Below are positions 10,501 through 23,100 of a DNA stretch of 64,000 bases, one piece after another. The stretch is from Marsupella aquatica. Its lineage: Eukaryota > Plantae > Marchantiophyta. The translations under genes and the position numbers were made by a program. The stretch's first letter is position 1; every line of letters starts with the position of its first letter. The DNA is taken from positions 26,152,798 through 26,216,797 of the forward strand of contig OZ316893.1 of NCBI GenBank assembly GCA_973895155.1, read 5' to 3'. Below the pieces are notes generated by a model. That model did no database searches, had not been told where the DNA came from, and was given only the letters and a program-made list of their open reading frames with translations.

Positions 10501-11842
10501 CATCAATAACGCTCCATTGATGACCATTTGAATCCAACACACCGAGTGAAATCAGATTCTTACGCATGCCAGGTACATACCTGACTCCGGACACTGTGCG
10601 CACAGCGCCATCAAACATTTGAATCTTCACAAACCCAATTCCCTCAATTTGACAGGAGTGATCATTTCCCATCAGAACTGAACCGTTTGAAATAGAGTAA
10701 GAACTGAAAAACTCACGAATGTAACAAATATGAAAAGAGCAAGCACAATCAAGAATCCACACATCATCTGCTCTCCTAGATGACGTGCACAGGGCATACC
10801 CCCGGCTTCATAAAACATACTCATCATTGAGTAAATCAGCTTCTCCATCAGCCCTAGCCACATTTGCCGATGAAGTTTCCGCTGCCTTTCCCTTACAGTC
10901 TCGCTTGAAGTGTCCAACTTGGTTGCACTTCCAACATGTCACATGCCTCCTCTGAGGGGATTTACCCTTGGACTTAGATCTGGATTTAGATCTAAACTAG
11001 GTTCTACGGTCCCCAGTTGGTCGCTGCATACTCCTCCCACGGTTAACATTGAGGGCAACACCAGATGATGAAGGCTGTGACGTGATGTGCATCTTCTGCT
11101 GAAGATCATCACTAAGCAGAGAACTTACCACGTCATTGTATGAAATGGTATCCCTATCACGATGCAACAACACTCGTGATAGGGACTGGTAAGATGGAGG
11201 CAATGAACTAAGAAGCTGCAGAGCCTTCGTCTCATCATTCAAAGTCTCCCCAAGGTTTTCCAAGTCAACGACCATGTCGTTGAAAGCATCCACATGGTCT
11301 TGCAACTTCGTACCAGATTCCTTCATCCTGAAACTCATCAGTTTGTAGGAAGTGTAGAGCCGGTTCGACAACTCCTTGCGGTGATACTTGCTCTGCAATT
11401 CCGCAAATAAGGACATGCAATCCTTATGTGCACCCAACTGCTTGATGATGGGAGGCATGAGATAGAGTGTAACACACCACACTCCCTGCTCCTGCATGCG
11501 GTCCCATTGTTTCTCATCAACATCGTCTTCACGAGGGCTCAGCAGTTGGCCCATCCCTGACGCATAAAGCACTCCCTTCACCTGCTTCTCCCATAGCAAG
11601 TAGTCAGAGCGCCCATCATACTTTGTCACTTCATACTTGGGTCCCCCAAGCTTGAAAGTCCCCATCTTCTTCTTTACCGTGAGCTCCGGTAGTAGTACTG
11701 CTTCCTCCACCACACGCCGCACCGGTGATGGTATCGGTGTCACGTGCTCTTCCTCCTGCTCCTCTCTCTGCCCCTGAAACCTCCGCGGTGACCCTCGTGC
11801 TTCAAGTTCCACGTCTTCGAAAAACTCCTCCGAATCACTCAT
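7535..11842 (-). pseudogene. Copia gag-pol of copy 1: one frame with copy-specific stops at 10997 (TAG, in gag) and 8726 (TAA, in RT) plus the shared TGA at 10808-10810
   Basis: Protease WILDCAC, integrase HSRLGH...CEHC and HSDVWGP...RSDNGGEY...QQNGVAER, RT YVDDML, RNaseH YVDSD...EAEY...CDSQSA. Confidence 0.93.
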
Positions 11843-12699
11843 ATGAGAAAGTCACAAAAAATGTTGTTTTTCACAACTTCTCAAAAAACTCGAAACTCAA
11901 CACCGCCGCGTAGCCCACAAAGCTAGGAGTCCAATACTGAAAACCGAAATCAAAATCAAAATTTGACGGAAAAGTTATTCAAATTTCGGTCGAGGTGGGT
12001 AAAACCTTGGGAAACTCCCCCGTTTTGACCACCTCAGGGAATAACCGAAATACCAAGTACAACCCGTTGTCGGAATTGCGATGTGATTGGTGCGCTGCAT
12101 TGCCAACTTCAATGGCTACGACCTCGCCGAAAAATAACCAAAAAAGTTATCGTTCGGCGGATGAAATCTTGGTCGGACGGTCAAAAAATAGCTCTCTGGT
12201 TTTTTGGAATATTCTATGACCCTTGTACAGGCCCTGTGGGAATTTTGGAAGAACAATCGAGGGGCTGACATGTGTCCTCGAACCCCCAAAACCCCCTACC
12301 ACCCTTCGTCGTCGAAATCTGGTCGCGCGCGCAGAAAATACACACGGCAGAATGTACCCCTCGACACCAAACGCAAGATATCTCACTCGGGTTTTGACTA
12401 AATCAAGATCCGATTTCAGATTACCATGCTCTGATACCAATTGTTGAGCATAGACGACGATCGCAACGGCAAGCCCATGAACCATCCAACGCACAATAGT
12501 CGACACAAGAGATACGTGGTTCACCTCCTTGAGGCTACGTCCACGGGAACACACAAGAGAGCTTTACTGAACTCTAAGCCCGTCGGCTATACCGAGTCTC
12601 CACAGTGTAAGCTCTCCCTATCTCTCAAGTGGCTCCATAACAATGAGCCTTGGTTCTACCTCTCCAAGCACACATGCCTCTTATGATATAGTGTGCAAC

Positions 12700-12878
12700 T
12701 TAGTTGTACCTAACCACATAGTTGTACCTAACCACATAGTTGTACCTAATCACGTAGTTGTACCTAACCACATAGTTGTACCTAATGACGTAGTTGTACC
12801 TAACCACATAGTTGTACCTAATCACGTAGTTGTACCTAACCACGTAGTTGTACCAACCCACGTTGTTGTACCAACCAC
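12700..12878. repeat. 18-bp tandem array in U3 of the copy 1 5' LTR, 10 units
   Basis: Units counted directly. Confidence 0.95.
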
Positions 12879-13009
12879 GTCATACCTAACCTAGACGTAA
12901 GAGTAAATACCCAACACACAGGTGACAAAGGTATTAGGTGTCATATTCAACAACTAGTGGATCCTTTTTCTATCTAAGATGTGGAAGCTGCATGATTGGA
13001 TCATATATA

Positions 13010-13130
13010 TCAAACTGCCAAAAAACAAAAGGTTCCCAACTGGGAGACAAGATCCCATAGGCAAAACACCAATCACGGGGCGGCAACCAAACCCCAATGA
13101 TGGGGAGGTAACCAGAGAGCCAAAAACACT
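13010..13130. repeat. Fragment of a degenerate interspersed repeat shared with ~53282-53372
   Basis: CAAACTGCCAAAA..CAAAAGGT and GGGGAGG(T/C)AACCA(G/A)AGAGCCAAAAAC occur at both sites in the same order. Confidence 0.5.
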
Positions 13131-15180
13131 AAGGGAGTTATACCCATACCTATGACTGAGATGGGATCTCCATTCCAACCCTTAGACTCATATAGGATTC
13201 CTAAGCTTGCATGGAATCCTGTCTTGTCTAGCTCCTTCATTTGCCTGCCTCCTGCCTCCATCACCCCCCTTCTCCTTCCTCCCTCATTGTTCCCTTTTCA
13301 TCACCTCACCTGTTGTGTGTGCTTGTGATGTAGGTTCTCATGACCCTCCTATTATTGAGCCCAGTGCTTGCATGTGGGTGGAGGTGCCTACCTCTGGCCT
13401 GCCAGTGACTCTCTCCCCTCCATTGCTTTCTAAGCCCCCTGAAGACAAATCCAAAAGCTAGAAAAACTCTCCAAAACACTGATGGCCGTCAAAGTCTTCC
13501 TGTCAATTTTTTTTAAAATGTTTGAGAACCACTTGGTGTCCCCCTCTAGCTTAGCCCCTCACAATAACAATTGGAGAGGTTCAACAGTAGGTTCAACAAA
13601 GGCTGTGATCTAAGAAAATTATTTCAGAAGGATCAATCTAACAAAACCACCTGTAGAGATACATTGGTTTGACTGTAGCTTCAAGAAAAATAGGATTGAA
13701 TATTCTATTTTTTATCAGGTAGATGTAGGCCACTTTTTGTTTTACCTTTGTGTGGAAAGATACTTATTATGACAAGTTCATCTTTAGTAGAATTTGTTTG
13801 CTTCTGCGTGGGAGGATTGAGATTTGCCTATATACTACGTTTAGATATTTATGTGGGAAGTTTCCAGGTAGATTTACAAAAGGAAGCCAGGATGGACCAC
13901 AATGTTTGACAAATAACTTGGATGGAATCCTGGGATTGACCACAACAACCCAGATGGACCATTTTCAAATGTTACTTTCACTTCAAATAATATCTTCCTT
14001 TCATTGTGTAAATGGTCACACTTTAGGCTGCTAGGGCCATCTGCGTGGGATGGCTACACACTGTGATACATCTGAGCATCAATTTCTAGATTCTACACAC
14101 TACATTTTAGATTTACCTAGTAGGACTACTATCTCATATTGGTATTTGAACTGTTATTTCTTTTGTTGCTTTAATTTGCCTATGGTAGCCCATTTCAAAT
14201 GAGTGGGTTAATTTAATTGCTGTTGGAGCGCAGCATATTATATCATAATGTATCTAATTCTTCTATTGAAATGGATTCTGGATTTGAAATATACCATTCG
14301 AGATGTTTAATTAAACCATAATTCTACCAAATTTAAAGGGAAGAAGCGAAATTGTGGTCCATCGCGGCTTGTTTGTCAAGATTCTGAATTGTTGTACTTT
14401 GGAAGTGAAGGAGAAGAAGAAGTCAAAGCTCAGATGCACACAAAAAATTGACATGATGCCCGGTCGACACAATCAAGCAAAACCCTGATAGACACAAGGA
14501 ATCATTTTAATTTACTCGAATAGATACCACCAGAAGTAGGAGGTTTTGAGGGGATTCCTCCAATGTTCTGTCCATGCAGCTGCCTCTATTGGGTTCCCTT
14601 ACTTACCATGTATACCAGGCTCATGACCAAAATTATGTGGTCACAATGCACTGGACAATATGGTGTTGACAATAGTGTGCACAATACTCTTTGGGGCCAT
14701 TTTTTGGGGCCATCACCCAAGTGCAATAAAAGTGCAGTCAATAGTCTCTTACATTTCCATATCAATGACTCTGTCGTCTGGGACTATTGTGACCACTACT
14801 AAAAGATAACGAAAAAGGGCCAATTCACAAGAAAAAAAAGATGGAGTAAAAGCAACAGATGTCCAGAGAGCACCAACACCAAATTAATGCAAGCCTCAGA
14901 AAACTAGTTAACTCCTACGTCCATCGAAGTAGGTGTCAAGTGTCCATAATAATAAAAATAAATAAGTGTTGTACTTTGTCGGCACCGTCTAGATTTGTTC
15001 GTCTTTTCAAACTTCCATTCCCATCAAGAAGATCTCTACTGCCATTGTGGAACTTGCAATCATTCTGTTGAGAGAACCGGAGCTTACATATCAACGAGCA
15101 GCACAGCAACAAGCGAGCGAGCATTGTAGAGTAGCACAGAATTGTTGGGCTGGTCTTCGTTTCCCTTCAATCCTGGGAAG

Positions 15181-18100
15181 ATGGTGAATCTTTCGGAGAA
15201 CGAGGGCATCGAGAAGCGCAGATTTGTGGTGACCGGCGGAGCTGGCTTCGTTGGCAGAGCGCTGTGTTTGGAGCTTGCCCGCCGTGGTGCTGCTGAGGTT
15301 GCTCCTTTGCCTTTCTCCCAATCACCCAACCAGCCTGCTTGTTTCTCTCTTTCAATCGTCCTGCCTTCTCCAACCCTTTGTGGGTCGCTCTCAATTCCTC
15401 ACTTACCCAACTCAGCAGCTCGTGTGGGTCGCTCTCAATTGTCCTTGCTTCCCCCAACTCAGCAGCCCTTGATGGTCATTCTCAAATTTCCTTACTTCCT
15501 CTAATTCAGTAGCTCTTGTGGGCCTCTCTCAATTGTCCTTTTACTTTCTCAACTCAGCAGCTCTAGTGGGTCTCTGTGATTCGTCGCTCAATTTTCAAGT
15601 AACCGATGGAGACACAAAAGTCTCTCTCAATTGTCCTTCTCAACGGACTTTTTCTGTCAGGTGAAGTGTGTTATCTCTTCTCTACTCTGCTCTGTTAACT
15701 TGAATCGACGAGTCCGATGTTCTCCAGGTAACAATGTTCGGATATGAGCTGGATGAAATTTGAAAATGACGCTTCGATTCGGTAATTGAATTTGGAACGC
15801 CTAGAAGGGGCACGTGGTTGGGCGTCCAGAAAAACCAACGTTCATAGTTCTGATTCAAAAGGGTCAGGTTTTAAACAAATTACTGGGAATATTGAGGATT
15901 CTTTAAATTACCTGATCGATGAGGAGGAATCTCATGGACGAAATTGCTCAGCAGTTTCGAGAACTGTGTGGATTTCTAATGATCAAATGGCGATTCGAGG
16001 TTAAGCGTTCTCGGTGCCCCTTTTTGGGACCGTGCAATTCGCGTTCCAGATTTGTCGAAGGTGGTGTGTGACATTGGCCAATTTAAAGAGCTCCAGTAGC
16101 TTTCCTCCTTGTCACTCATCCACTTTAGGGTGATCGTTTTCATGTTCAATGTAGACAACATGGGTGTGACATGCTATGGCATACTTTCAGTTTGACCGTC
16201 TGTATGTTCTGACCACCCTGACGACTGAAGTACACAAAATCCAATCCTTTTCGTGCTGTCCTTGTTCTCCTAAAACTTAACTGTCGAGTCGTACAAGAGG
16301 AACTTTTGTGATATAATCCCTTGTGAGGAGGAAATCTTGCTTCTGAATTAGGACTACTTTGTGGTGTATTTACAGGTTCGATCGTTTGACAGAAATGCAT
16401 CACCAGCGATCATTTCTCTACTTCAGAATCATGGAGTTGTTTGTATGGATGGTACGTAGCCAACCTAAATTTTGGTTCATTTGTGATCACGTCACTGACT
16501 TTGAATTTGACCTACATATTTGCATGCAATTCTTGTGGCTAAGTGTAGCCACAGTAGAAACATTATGGGGTTCTTCCCTAATGCGGCGAGGGATGTCCTT
16601 TCAAGGAAGGCCTTCATGCACATAGATGCTCTTTATTTGAAAAAAGAAGGTTTCCTGAACTTCGAGGCAAACGGAAAGAGGCTGGAAGGGTATCGTATTT
16701 GAGATTGATGAATTTAAGTTGTTGTGGGTGTGGTTCAGGTGATGTTAGACGTAGAGAGGATGTCGCAAAGGCATTCAAACACGCCAATTGTGTGTTCCAC
16801 TTGGCATCCTTTGGTATGTCAGGGAAGGAGATGTTGCAGACAAGGCAAATCGATGAAGTCAATTTGGATGGAACGTGCAATATTCTAGATTGTTGTGTTA
16901 CATGTGGCGTTGAGAGGCTCATATACACAAGCACCTACAATGTCGTTTTTGGAGGTAAAGAGATCATAAATGGAAATGAAGCAATGCAATATTATCCCTT
17001 GGATGATCATGTGGATCCGTACGGTAGAAGTAAGGCTCTTGCCGAACAGCTTGTGCTGAAATACAACAATCGGCCTCTCAAGTAAGCACTGTTCCAGAGC
17101 GGCTCTACTCAGACCCTTATCTACTCAATGTATGACAATTACTATGGTTCCTCTCCCGGTTTACTTGCATTTACATACTGTAACGTTATGGGTCGAAGGA
17201 TTACTTGCAGTTTGATAGCACCTTTCTGATTGCTTTGTGTCCAGTGGTTCCTAGTCCATTTACTAGAGCTCCCCAAAGCGATCCTCATTTTTTCTCAAGC
17301 ATTCTTCATCTGGTGTAGGAATAGAGAAGGGCGAAAATTGTACACATGCGCGTTGAGACCAGCAGCTATCTATGGCCCAGGAGAGGAGCGTCATTTCCCT
17401 CGTATCTTGAAGCTGGCAGAGCTAGGAATTTACTCGTTTAACATTGGAGGACCGGATACAAAGCAGGACTGGGTTTATGTTGATAACCTTGTTCACTCTC
17501 AACTGCTGGCAAGCATGGCTCTTCTGGATGATATCCCTGACAGAGGGATGAATGCTCCTGCTGCAGGCCAGGCTTATTTTATATCAGATGGTAAGGATTT
17601 TTTCAAAAACCGAAACCTCTTCTTGTTATATAATTTTCCTTGTAAAGTGCGTCCTCAGCACTTGATAATTGTTATTGTATCAATTCAGTCATTTGCTGTG
17701 TAAAACTTCCTTCATCATGCCTTTAAATTATTAAAGGATACGAGTCTCTGACCTGAGTTGGGCGTGCTCGATTGAGTTGGATGATTCTCATGTATTGTAG
17801 AAGGCACTGGAAATGACATAATCGTTTTTGGAGGGACTGAGAACTGGAAATGGAACGAAGAGGCAGTATTAGTTCAGAGAGGTTTTTGATGTGAAAGAGT
17901 GACTTAGAGAAGTGTGCATTGATATTCTTTAGTTGCACCGGAGGCTTGCATGCACAGCTTCCATCAGGTGGTTTTGTTAAATATAATGGATAAATAACAG
18001 CTAGAGAATTCATTAAAATATAATATTTCCAACGTATAGTGATATGAACTAATTTATTTTGGGACGTTATTGCGCGTGCCCAATATTCCACCGGGGGTGC

Positions 18101-19192
18101 TTTGTTGCTATTGGAACCAATCCTTGTTGACTCATCAGACTTGCCCTCAGTTGTTTACTCTTCAGTGCGTTTTCCAGCTTCATCACTTGATAACGTTTCT
18201 TCCCATGACAAATCAATCCAGCAGAGTGTTATGCACGATTGACGGAGTGATCATTGGATCTTTGATCAGGTGCTCCCATCAATACTGGGAAGTTTTTGCG
18301 TCCACTTCTGGAAGAATTGGGCTACAAATCTCCTGAAAGGCAACTGAGTGTTCAAGCTGCAATGAGGATTGCCTGGTTCTTTTGGGGATTGTATGGTCTT
18401 TCATACCCATGGCTGGAAAAGTCTTGGCTCCCGCAGCCCTTAATTCTTCCAGCAGAAGTATATAAGGTCTGTACCCTCATCACTGTTCTCCAAGAGAAGC
18501 TGAGATAAGATATGAACTCCTATCATTAGTGAGGGGTATCTACAAATTGGTCTTTTACATCGCATAGAAGTGTGCGAATTTTGTGTCAGTCGAGCTGAAG
18601 TGGGTTATCTCATTCGTCAAACCTGCTGATCTTGAGCTGATGTTGAGAGTTTCACACATGCTCTGTTAGTTCTGTGAAGAGTACGGAATTGTGTGAATCA
18701 CACTGAGTCAGACCGTATTTTGGAGTGCAGGTGGGCGTTACTCATTATTTCTCATTATTGAAGGCAAGAAAACAAATCGGATACATTCCCGTCGTCAACC
18801 CTCAGGAAGCCATGACCCGTACTATCACTCATTTCAAGGCGAAGCAGGACCGAGAAGTTCCAAGCCCTTCGTTTTTGGCATATTTTGTCATTCTATCTGC
18901 CCTTTTTGCACTTTTTATAACTGCTTATGTGCCAAACGAATTCCAAGGCCCATTTATTCTAAGTACCTACTTAGGTCTCTTGATCTTCAGGTCGGTCTTT
19001 GCGTTGCGGGTTCTCTTCCTCGTTGCAGTGGCCATACACGCTCTGGAAGCCAAATACGCTTGGCATGTGGCCCTCAAAGAAGATCCAGCAAATGCACGAC
19101 AATGGTACTGGCAGACTTTTGCTACAGGCTTCAAGTCTCTGTTACTCTTGAGGAAGAGAGTTCAATCTCGGAAAGCGCAGAAGCAGTCGTGA
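15181..19192 (+). CDS. 3-beta-hydroxysteroid dehydrogenase / SDR42E1-like extended SDR with C-terminal membrane domain; exons 15181-15297, 16376-16451, 16739-17081, 17319-17590, 18270-18466, 18731-19192
   Basis: Rossmann motif VVTGGAGFVG, catalytic YGRSK (YxxxK), LRPAAIYGPGE, GVTHYFS and hydrophobic C-terminal helices. Introns are phase-consistent GT-AG. Confidence 0.93.
15378..15576. repeat. Degenerate ~45-48-bp minisatellite in SDR intron 1
   Basis: GTGGGTCGCTCTCAATT...CAACTCAGCAGC recurs about 4 times. Confidence 0.75.
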
Positions 19193-20149
19193 ATCAGGTC
19201 CCGTCAATTGCCAAGCATGTTTTTGCCGCCCGTCGATCCCCATAATCTATTCAGTCACACAGAGCATTCTGGCCGATTATTTATAGACTCAGTAACTGGG
19301 GGAGAGCATCAACGACGAGAAGAAGCCTTGAGATCGCGGATTTCCCTACTCCAGGACAATTCTTGCCTCATGGAGATACGTATGGAGGATGAGACTCCCT
19401 TTTACAGCAAACAGGCCGATTTATACCCTCAACATTAAGGTGACAACTTGGAGACGCTTTAAAAAATCAATCTCGGCAGCGATTAAGTCTATCATAGTAC
19501 AGAAGTGATGACCAGAAATGGGGGCTATTGAAGGTAATAAGGCGACCCAGATGGCCCAGGAATGGAATTGAGAAGTGCACATGTAATTGATGTGGGCAAT
19601 GTTTTGGCGGTGAATTTGGACAGTGTCTTAGATGTGTCGAAAGTGACGAATAGAATACTCCCTCTTGATCGTTGTTATCCAACTCAACAAGAGGTGGCTT
19701 CTTCTTAAGGATTCGGTTTGCTCACCTGAATTTGCAGTCAGGTTTCCTGCATCTGATCCGCAAGACTGTTGTAGGGATTTTCAATTCAGATGCGAGCTCC
19801 TACCAAACTGGCAATTTGTGTGCATCTATAGAAACAAGGCACCGAGGCATCAGAAAATTTGTGGTTTTGATATCATCTCAGCGGAGATCGTCTCTGAAAT
19901 ACTCCTTGTTTTTGTTGGACAAGACCTTATAGGTTTCAAACCAATTCATCAGGCAAGCCAGTGGCCACGTGTGAAATGCACTTAGAAGACTTGCAAACCT
20001 GGTCATCTGCTTGCCAAATATGACATGAGAATCACCTACTGAACCATCACCGGACCCATTCTCATTGTTGCCTAGTTCGACCAGTCGAAGCTAACAATTC
20101 TGTTTACTTGAAATTTGCATCAAAAACACCTACTGAATTATAGTTCTCG

Positions 20150-23100
20150 CTACCCATTTTTCCTCAGGAGACAGACAAGGGCATCGTCGACAGTGTCAAC
20201 TCCTCTTGACATAGCCTTCAGTCTCCAGATTCTGAAGTTGGTTCGCACCCTCGACCCAAAGCAGGACAGTAGGCCCTTTCGTGTTGAAACAGGGCGGAGG
20301 TGACTGGATCTCCTTAATTTATAAGCTTTAGATATTTCAGTTCTATGCTTGTCAAGCGAGCCACGTTTTCCATCTGAATCCTTGGAAACGTGTTGCAATC
20401 TCTTCTGGTCAGCAGTGTTACGTTCGTCATCTTCATAGTGAACATGGAAGAGGTGCAGTGTCTTCGTCTTGAATCCATTAATAAAAAATTGGTGCAGGTC
20501 TCGTTGTAACTCCTTTGCCATTTGTGCTGGGAATTCCTGCGTCCGGGTGCTGCTAGCCAGAAGGAACACAGTGATCAAGAAATGTCTGGATTTCCTAGGA
20601 CTCAATGCGTTTTCACTGAGCCTACTTCAAATGTCCCATGCAAAGAGCATAATTTAGTTTTCAATCCAGTATTTATCTGCAGGAAACAAATGGACCAGAG
20701 TTCATGAACCCAAAAACCCCTACACGACTTGGTGTATTTACTCCAACATAGTGATACTCCACTGCTAATCCTTTCACGACAGTCTTATGTGTAATTTGAT
20801 TTGTGCAGAAAAACTCCTCATGTCTCAGTGATGCTCTGGACGTCGGAAATCAAAGTTCCGCAGGACTGTTTAATTGGAGAGTGGGTATGTTACCTGGGCA
20901 ATAGAATTTCCACGTAGACTTCAGCAATTTGCCTGAAGGAGGCAAGGTTGTGATCCTTTGCACTGATAACGTGATGCACTAGTGTTTGCCAGAACTTCTT
21001 GTGCTCCCCCTCCTGGTACACTTCCAAGTGGTCAAAATTGAGCTTCTCAATCAGGTTCCCACTCGTGTCCTGACCGTTTACTTCTGTTGATTCAGAGGCA
21101 AAAAAGTCCTCAAGAAACCTGAGAGGAAGAAGGTGTTCAGGAGGGTAAGCCTTGAGAAGCTCACACACAGCACCACAGCAGATCAGTGGCCTTGAGGTGT
21201 TCTCCTCTATGGTCTCTAAGAACTCGAAGAGGTCTCGCTGACTGCCTTTTGCAGCATGTGCTGCTGACGTTAAAAGCTCGCTGTTAGACCAGCTGCCATA
21301 TTGCTCCTGCTGGCTACTGCTTTGCTCAACCTCCCACAGAAACATTGTATTCGTGATTGTCCGCAACACTTTTAATTTTTCCTCAGGATGCCAAGTATTC
21401 ATCATCGTTCTCTTCTCGTCTGCAGTGAGTCCACTCTTCTCAACCAGTCTATGAGGGGTCACACTATTGATAGATTCACCCGTTCCTTTAACACTGGTTT
21501 TCTCTGCCGTGCTCTCTGCCTCACAAGCTTCTCCACCCTGTGCAATGACCATGAAGACTGACTATTGCCATTAAGTTTCGTTCACTGACAATAATCAGTC
21601 TTGGACTTTTGGATACAAAGGAAAACCACTTCTGTACTACAGAGCCTATCCATTCCATTTCATTAACAAACGTTTTACTGGTGATTTGGAAATATCTCTC
21701 AACAGGTAGAGTAATTATGCATGACGAGATCTTAAGGCCATTGCTCCCTAAGGAAATTTCCAATCTGTACCATTAGTGATGGTCATGTCTTTGAACAGGG
21801 AAGATGGGGACCGTTACGAGTGATTAATGAGAGGAGCAAGTATCTTAGCTTATTTGTATAGCTACAGATGCATTAAAACAAACAAAAACTATGTATCTAG
21901 AATTCCTAACTCTCTCCCAAAGAAACATTAGTGAACTTTCCAATGACAGAAGTGTGCTATTAATTACGTTCTGACTTCAGGAACATCATACTCTGGGATT
22001 TTGTGCAAATGTCTTAGTTTTCACAAACCGGAACGTGATTAGAATTTCAAATGGAGTTGAGAGTAGATACCCTATATATCCAAGAATCTCCTGATCCATT
22101 CGTTGGTTTGGAGACCAAGCAACTCAAGGAAGACTTCATGGTGAATTCTTCAAGCTCTTTGGCGATTTTTTGGGATAAAAAATCACTCTTCTGTATCTTG
22201 AAAAATGGCTTTCTGACTTCTTCAGATCTTTTCTTCTCAACATCTCTTCTGGTAACATCTTCTGCTGTTGGCGTGATAGGCATGATTGAAACAGGGAGAT
22301 CCAACTCAGAGTTCTCCATCTGTTTGTCAGCATCTGTACTATTTGGCACCCATGAAATATCCTGACCTTGGTCTTGCTTCTCGTCGTGACGTAGGACACT
22401 GATAGGCATGGTTGAAACTGGAAGATCTGAGTGAGAGTTCTCAATCTTATCGTTATCATCACTACTTCCTTGCAGCCATGACAGGTCTTGGCCTTCCTTC
22501 CTATCATAAAGTGGGGCGGTCGTTAGTTGCTCCTCAACAACTTTGTTTCTAGCATCCACCAAATTGGTTGCCTTTTTTCTTTGCTCTAGAAAGAATACAT
22601 GGGAGTCAAGATTTCCATGTACAAAGAGTGAAGTTGAAACAAAGTCATCGTTTGTGCACATGTTTGACAAATTTGTTGCCATATTTGGCTCAAGTTCTTC
22701 CCCTGATTCCTGTTGCGGAAGCCTCTCTTCGCCCGATGCTTCTGCGTTATTATTTGTGGGTGTCAGATAACTTTGTGTCCCTTTTGCGGCACAATTGGTT
22801 TTCCCAATTGAGTCATTATTCTCCTCAATAGTGGTGAAGAATCGGAAACTCGTGCCTTGGGTCAAATCCAAATCTGCTACGTCTTCAGCACAATTGTACT
22901 GCACATATGGAGGAGCTTGGTCTGCAGATATTTCAAAAATCTATCAGAAGGCTTCCTTCCACACTAAATGTCTCTTCCTGAAGAGACAAGCTTTAAAGTT
23001 TTGCAGACTCGTAATATCTTGTCATGAAGACGATGCCTTTTAAGTTTGATGGATCCATAAAAATCAAGACTCGTCAAAGAGTTTTCCACAAATAGAACAA

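Larger units (their letters stand above)
6887..12916 (-). mobile_element. Full-length Ty1/Copia LTR retrotransposon, copy 1 (6030 bp)
   Basis: LTRs 12442-12916 (5') and 6887-7343 (3') with TG...CA ends. TSD CACAG at 6882-6886 and 12917-12921. PBS TGGTATCAGAGC at 12428-12439 and PPT AAGGGGAAGA next to the 3' LTR. Domain order gag-PR-IN-RT-RNaseH. Confidence 0.98.
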
